In this document: positions 51,301 to 55,088 of the stretch, one piece after another
How the letters are laid out: each line of letters opens with the position of its first letter
Position numbering within the stretch: the first letter of the stretch is position 1
Assembly (NCBI GenBank): GCA_030656435.1
Contig: JAUSOA010000021.1
Span: forward strand, 1 to 55,088
Reading direction: 5' to 3'
DNA length: 55,088 bases
Origin: Acholeplasmataceae bacterium
GTDB taxonomy: Bacteria > Bacillota_I > Bacilli_A > Acholeplasmatales > Acholeplasmataceae
The notes under the pieces: generated by a model
What the model saw: the letters and a program-made list of their open reading frames with translations, nothing else
What the model was told of the DNA's origin: nothing
The model's database searches: none
Program-made: the position numbers and the translations under genes

Positions 51301-52192
51301 GGTTAACGATGTCTGTAGCTGTGTATTGGCCTAAAATACGTCCTAAAACGTCAAGCTTTTTATTAAACTTATAGCGTCCAACACTTGCAAGATCATATCT
51401 TCTGCGTTCAAATAGACGCATTCTAATGAATTCTCTAGCAGCATCTGCAGGAACCTTTTCGCCCTGTCTTAGCTTAGAGTAAAGATCGATGATTGCTTCA
51501 TCGGCATTCTTTGTTTCATCTTTTTCAAAGGTAGCTTCTAAATAAGCGGATTTACCGAATACTTCTAAGATATCCTTCTTTTTAGAAAAACCTAGGGCAC
51601 GCATCATCGTAGTCATTGGGACTTTCTTTGAGCGGTCTAGCTTTGCATACATGATATTTTTTGAACCCAATTCATATTCAATCCAAGCACCACGCGTTGG
51701 AATGACTTGAGCCATATATTTAACCTGGTTTAACTTCTTGTCTAGTTCACTTGTAAAATATGCTCCTGCAGAACGAATAATCTGTGAAACAACAACACGT
51801 TCAGCTCCATTAATGACAAAAGTTCCTGACGGAGTCATGAATGGTATTTCACACATTAGTACGACATTTTCACGTACTTCGCCTGTGACAGCATTTTCAA
51901 GTTTTACACGAGCAGAGAGTTGTTTAGCGTAATTTACATCTCTTAATTTTGATTCTTGTTCGCCATATTTAGGTTCTGATAAAAAATGTTCCTCAAAATA
52001 TAGTTTCAGATCGCCATTGTGTCCTTCAATCGGTGAAATGTCTGTTAAAAGTTCTCTAATTCCTTCATCGATAAACCACTTGAAAGACTTTGTTTGAATC
52101 TCGATTAAGTCCGGCAAATCAATGTCATAACGCATTCTTGAATAATTTCTGCGTTCTGCTTTTTTGCCGTATTTGACGCTTCGATATCCCAT
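48368..52192 (-). CDS. rpoB: RNA polymerase beta subunit
   Basis: [31 protein letters not shown]; ATG at 52192 after AGGAG. Confidence 0.99.
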   Translation of the reverse strand: MGYRSVKYGKKAERRNYSRMRYDIDLPDLIEIQTKSFKWFIDEGIRELLTDISPIEGHNGDLKLYFEEHFLSEPKYGEQESKLRDVNYAKQLSARVKLENAVTGEVRENVVLMCEIPFMTPSGTFVINGAERVVVSQIIRSAGAYFTSELDKKLNQVKYMAQVIPTRGAWIEYELGSKNIMYAKLDRSKKVPMTTMMRALGFSKKKDILEVFGKSAYLEATFEKDETKNADEAIIDLYSKLRQGEKVPADAAREFIRMRLFERRRYDLASVGRYKFNKKLDVLGRILGQYTATDIVNPETGEVVVPEKTKITKEIINLLRENRHLLRKEIISKEDSLQNETPDEILAIRLPDGGEALYTKENILNLRTGEVIVSKNTEITEEVLAVLRRNRQSLDEKVIKYFFGVDIYQKEREREGVIVEMIEVTVKDKETERIYPVKVIGNDQRENKEYITLSDVVASMSYYLNLYDDLGSTDDIDHLGNRRLRLIGELLKNQFRIGLARAEKNIKDKMSTTTFADATPSNIINMTPLAGAIKTFFGSSQLSQFMDQINPLAELTQKRRVSALGTGGLARDRAGVEVRDVHNSHYGRICPIETPEGPSIGLISSLATYGKVDKYGFIQTPYLMVKTIDNKKVVTPEFKYLTADEEYDEIIASAATTLSEDGTIMIDRVIGRYRGETSMFEPDEVTFMDVSPKQIVSVATSTIPFLEHDDASRALMGANMQRQAVPLLKPESPIVGTGIEYRAAKDSGSVIVSNVSGFVTYADSTKVVVTPEPDTKIMVGNNVLYDPSKPYTYEMAKTLKDYGMGESVTFDLIRFFRSNQDTCILQRPIVTAGEYVDKGDILADGPSTDKGELALGRNVTVAFMTWEGYNYEDAIIMSEDLVKEDVYTSIHIDEYEIETRELKTGSGREEITREVPNAGLDALKNLDERGIIIPGSEVREGDILVGKITPKGVFEPSPSEKLIHAVIGEKSREYRDSSLRVPHGGGGVVQSIQYFSKKNGDALPSGVNESIRVYVAKKRKISEGDKMAGRHGNKGVISKILPREDMPYMEDGTPVDIMLNPLGVPSRMNIGQILEIHLGMAARYLGVKIATPVFDGVDDDDLEKIMAEAGVEPDGKTVLYDGRTGQPYENRISVGVMYMIKLSHMVDDKLHARSVGPYTLVTQQPMGGKAQNGGQRFGEMEVWALYAYGAAHTLQEMLTVKSDDMLGRNKVYSAITHDKPIPQASIPESFRVLTRELQALGLYVELIDASSGENEAGKSLVDNNPSKFRGGGFR

Positions 52193-52272
52193 AATCCACA
52201 CTCCTATCGTATTTGGAAAATCTCGTTTCTTTATTTATAAAATTTAATTAAAACAACATTATGCATTTTACA

Positions 52273-52301
52273 ATATTATCATATTGTTTGTAAATAGTCA
52301 A
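52273..52301 (-). promoter_or_regulatory. Putative rpoBC promoter
   Basis: TTGACT-N17-TAATAT with extended TG. Confidence 0.55.
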
Positions 52302-52309
52302 TCTAAAAT

Positions 52310-52903
52310 CTATTTTTTAGCCAAAAGAACCCAATATCCCTTACTTTTGTCAACAACATCACAGTTATTGAATAAAGAATGCAGTTTTGCTACCGTTGAA
52401 GGTGCTCCTTGTTTCTTTTGAATAACAACATACAAAATACCACCCGGGTTCAATGCTAGATATGCATCCTCATAAAGTCTAAAAATTGTGGGCTTACCTG
52501 CTCGAATCGGTGGGTTTGTAATGATGGCGTCTGCCTTAATGTTCACATACTCAAATAAGAATGATTGATGAACTTCTGCGTTCGTTATTTCATTCTCTTT
52601 CATGTTTTTTAAGGCTAGAGCAACCGCTCTTTCGTTGACATCGTATAAATATACGTGTTTTTCTGGACTCGTTTTTGCGACGTAAAGACCGATAGGACCA
52701 TAGCCACAGCCCATGTCGATCACTGTCTTTACTTCTTTATTAAGCTCAATTGTTTCCAAAAGAAATTTCGTTCCATAATCGAGTGTTTCCTTGGAGAAAA
52801 CACCACGATCGGTATAGAAACGAAAAGATGTAGCGTTAATCTCTACATCATAACTCTTGATGTTTGAATCAAGCGTTGAATCGTTTATAAAATAGTGACT
52901 CAT
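52310..52903 (-). CDS. rsmC: Class I SAM methyltransferase, RsmC/YbxB family
   Basis: GVFSK, DMGCGYG, TNPPIRAGK, KKQGAPS; between rplL and rpoB. Confidence 0.88.
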   Translation of the reverse strand: MSHYFINDSTLDSNIKSYDVEINATSFRFYTDRGVFSKETLDYGTKFLLETIELNKEVKTVIDMGCGYGPIGLYVAKTSPEKHVYLYDVNERAVALALKNMKENEITNAEVHQSFLFEYVNIKADAIITNPPIRAGKPTIFRLYEDAYLALNPGGILYVVIQKKQGAPSTVAKLHSLFNNCDVVDKSKGYWVLLAKK

Positions 52904-52923
52904 AGGTCCCCCTCATAACAGCG

Positions 52924-52950
52924 AAAAAACCCGAGATGAATTCCCAGGTT
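52924..52950 (-). terminator. Probable terminator after rplL
   Basis: Imperfect AACCTGGGA/TCTCGGGTT stem plus T tract. Confidence 0.6.
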
Positions 52951-52971
52951 AAAATTCGCATCAATTACAAG

Positions 52972-53343
52972 TTACTTGATTTCAACAGTAGCACCAGCGT
53001 CTTGTAGAGCTGTCTTTAATGCTTCTGCATCTTCCTTCTTAATCTTTTCTTTGATGACTCCATTTGGAGTTTCAGTTAAAGTCTTAGCATCTGCTAATCC
53101 TAAACCAGTTGCTTCACGTACAACCTTGATGACTGCAATTTTGTTTGCACCGAAAGTCTTAAGGATAACGTTGAATTCTGTTTTTTCTTCTTCAACAACA
53201 ACAGCTGCTGCTGCTGGAGCTGCAGATACTGCAGATGGGTCAATACCGAATTCTTCTTTTAATCCGTCTACTAATTCTTTGATTTCTAATAAAGTCATTC
53301 CCTTTAGCGCTTCAATGAAAGCCGCTTTTGTTAGTTTTGCCAT
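52972..53343 (-). CDS. rplL: 50S ribosomal protein L7/L12
   Basis: Ala-rich hinge, [23 protein letters not shown]. Confidence 0.98.
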   Translation of the reverse strand: MAKLTKAAFIEALKGMTLLEIKELVDGLKEEFGIDPSAVSAAPAAAAVVVEEEKTEFNVILKTFGANKIAVIKVVREATGLGLADAKTLTETPNGVIKEKIKKEDAEALKTALQDAGATVEIK

Positions 53344-53364
53344 TTTTATATTCCTCCTAGATTA

Positions 53365-53853
53365 TTATTCGTTACTACTAATCATGTTAAGCCCGATCGC
53401 TAATTCGCGAATTGGAGTTAACAAACCTACTGCTAACATTGTCAACAATGTTTCTCTCGATGGTAATGTTGCCAATGCATTGATTTGATCGACGCCTACT
53501 ACTTTACCTTCTACAATACCTGCATGAATTTGTACAACCTTGTTTGTCTTTGCAAAATCGTAAACGATTTTTGCAGGGGCAACAACATCGGAATAGCTAA
53601 TTGCTAAAGCTTTAGCGCCATATAATGATTCAGCTAAATCTTCGTATCCAGCAGCAATTGATGCTCTTCTAGAAATATTGTTCTTATAGACTGTGACTTC
53701 GCAGTCTGCTTTTCTTAACTGGATGCGTAGTTGAGTAAACTGTTCTACGGTTAATCCAGGATAATCAAAGGCAACAACGGTTGCAGCACGTCCAAGCTTT
53801 TCAGTTAATTCACGTACTGCTTCTGCCTTACGTTCGATAATTGCTTTTTGCAT
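53365..53853 (-). CDS. rplJ: 50S ribosomal protein L10
   Basis: DYPGLTV, YKNN, LATLPSRETL. Confidence 0.97.
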   Translation of the reverse strand: MQKAIIERKAEAVRELTEKLGRAATVVAFDYPGLTVEQFTQLRIQLRKADCEVTVYKNNISRRASIAAGYEDLAESLYGAKALAISYSDVVAPAKIVYDFAKTNKVVQIHAGIVEGKVVGVDQINALATLPSRETLLTMLAVGLLTPIRELAIGLNMISSNE

Positions 53854-53871
53854 GAAATGCCTCCTTCTGAA

Positions 53872-53972
53872 AATAAAATCTCTCTAATGCCGAAGACAAA
53901 AGAGAGAATAATCGTTATGATTTTTCACCTCGGTAGGTAATTAAGCTTTCGCTCCTACTGTCTATGGCAATT
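53872..53972 (-). promoter_or_regulatory. L10 leader (L10-L12 responsive attenuator)
   Basis: CCATAGACAGTAGGAGCGAAAGCTTAATTACCTACCGAGG core followed by a TCTCT/AGAGA hairpin and T tract before rplJ. Confidence 0.85.
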
Positions 53973-54000
53973 ACATTTAGTTTTCTTTTTTTATACTATT

Positions 54001-54693
54001 TTAGCGCTTGAATGAATCTTCATCCACGTGAACGCTTGGAGCCATACTTGAAGACACTGTAATGTTTTTCATGTATGTACCTTTAACAGTTGTTGGCTTG
54101 ATACGAGCCAGTTGATCATAAAGTGTTTTCATGTTTTCTTTCAGCTGAATTGCTGTGAAGGAAACACGGCCGATAGGCGCATGGATGTTACCAACCTTGT
54201 CAGTACGATACTCAATCTTACCATTTTTAATTTCATGGACAGCTTTTTCAACGTCCATCGTTACAGTACCTGTCTTAGGGTTTGGCATTAAGCCTTTAGG
54301 TCCTAAGATACGTCCTAGTTTACCAAGTTGTCCCATCATATCTGGGGTTGCTACCATGACATCAAAGTCAAACCAGCCTCCTGCGATTTTTTGGATTAGT
54401 TCTGCAGCTCCAACGTGATCAGCTCCAGCAGCTTCCGCTTCTTTTGCTTTTTCGCCTTGTGCAATAACTACAACTCTGGAAACTTTACCTGTACCGTGTG
54501 GTAATACAAGAGCACCTCTTAAGTTTTGTTCAGCTTTTCTTGGATCAAGATTTAATCTGAACGCTGCTTCTACTGTAGCATCAAACTTAACATATGAGGT
54601 TTTTTTGACTAAGTCCATTGCTTCGTCAACTGCATATTTCTTCGTTTTATCGATGAGTTTTGCAGCCTCAAGGTATTTCTTTCCTCTTTTCAT
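54001..54693 (-). CDS. rplA: 50S ribosomal protein L1
   Basis: [28 protein letters not shown]; ATG at 54693 after AGGAGG. Confidence 0.98.
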   Translation of the reverse strand: MKRGKKYLEAAKLIDKTKKYAVDEAMDLVKKTSYVKFDATVEAAFRLNLDPRKAEQNLRGALVLPHGTGKVSRVVVIAQGEKAKEAEAAGADHVGAAELIQKIAGGWFDFDVMVATPDMMGQLGKLGRILGPKGLMPNPKTGTVTMDVEKAVHEIKNGKIEYRTDKVGNIHAPIGRVSFTAIQLKENMKTLYDQLARIKPTTVKGTYMKNITVSSSMAPSVHVDEDSFKR

Positions 54694-54710
54694 ATTCTTC
54701 CTCCTAAAAT

Positions 54711-54741
54711 GTGGTCTAGCGGGGGGTTGTTCTCCTCCCAC
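54711..54741 (-). promoter_or_regulatory. L1-binding autoregulatory RNA site
   Basis: GTGGGAG...CCGCTAGACCAC mimic of the 23S L1 site just upstream of the rplA RBS. Confidence 0.75.
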
Positions 54742-54765
54742 AACTTTAGATAGCTATCATCTAAA

Positions 54766-55088
54766 TTAGTCTACTACTACGATACCCATATTGCGTGCTG
54801 TACCTTCAATAATTTTCATTGCTGCTTCTACAGTAAACGCATTTAAGTCCGGCATCTTTCTTGTTGCAATTTCTTTTACTTGCTCGCGAGTGATTGTAGC
54901 GACTTTATCTTTCTTAGCGTTTTTAGAGCCAGACTTGATATTCGCTGCTTTCTTTAATAGATCGCTTGCAGGTGGTGTTTTGGTAACAAATGAGAATGTA
55001 CGATCATCATATACTGAAATGATTACTGGTACGACAAAGCCCATTTGATCCTTTGTTGCTTCATTAAATTGGGAACAGAATGCTGGTA
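54766..55088 (-). CDS. rplK: 50S ribosomal protein L11, 5' end outside the window
   Basis: [13 protein letters not shown]...KTPPAS...KMPDLN...GTARNMG; frame open to the window edge. Confidence 0.97.
   Translation of the reverse strand, partial: PAFCSQFNEATKDQMGFVVPVIISVYDDRTFSFVTKTPPASDLLKKAANIKSGSKNAKKDKVATITREQVKEIATRKMPDLNAFTVEAAMKIIEGTARNMGIVVVD

Noticed and set aside
52976-53488. 170-aa plus-strand ORF, and similar short antisense ORFs over tuf, fusA, rpoBC, rplA and rplK
   Set aside because: Antisense shadows of conserved, codon-biased genes, with no independent motifs.
54694-54741. N-terminal extension of L1 in the ORF track
   Set aside because: This stretch is the L1-binding leader and RBS; the true start is ATG at 54693.

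Overview
A low-GC window made mostly of core genes, nearly all on the minus strand. It uses the standard genetic code (TGA serves as stop) and keeps Firmicutes-like gene order. No cell-wall genes appear in the window, and the GdpP-L9 fusion and extended RpoC suggest an Acholeplasmataceae-type Mollicute (inference). Core blocks: rplK-rplA-rplJ-rplL-rsmC-rpoB-rpoC, rpsL-rpsG-fusA-tuf, rpsF-ssb-rpsR, gdpP::rplI-dnaB, prfA-prmC, typA, rpiB-upp plus a Na+-type F1Fo operon, cca-yhaM, walJ-rlmH. Most notable: (1) an spt-kdsr-FNT operon resembling the Bacteroides sphinganine pathway, in an islet between rpoC and rpsL; (2) RpoC with two N-terminal alpha-CTD-like repeats; (3) a c-di-AMP phosphodiesterase fused in frame to ribosomal L9, with an internal RBS retained; (4) a tandem-duplicated PrsA lipoprotein; (5) a decayed locus between dps and dnaB holding an unannotated RHS-core fragment, an internally deleted AAA ATPase and periodic repeats; (6) an in-frame stop in atpA within a cluster of G/C-to-T/A changes, probably an artefact. 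No rRNA, tRNA, CRISPR array or intact mobile element was recognised. Family calls come from motif recognition and recalled sequences, not from database searches.
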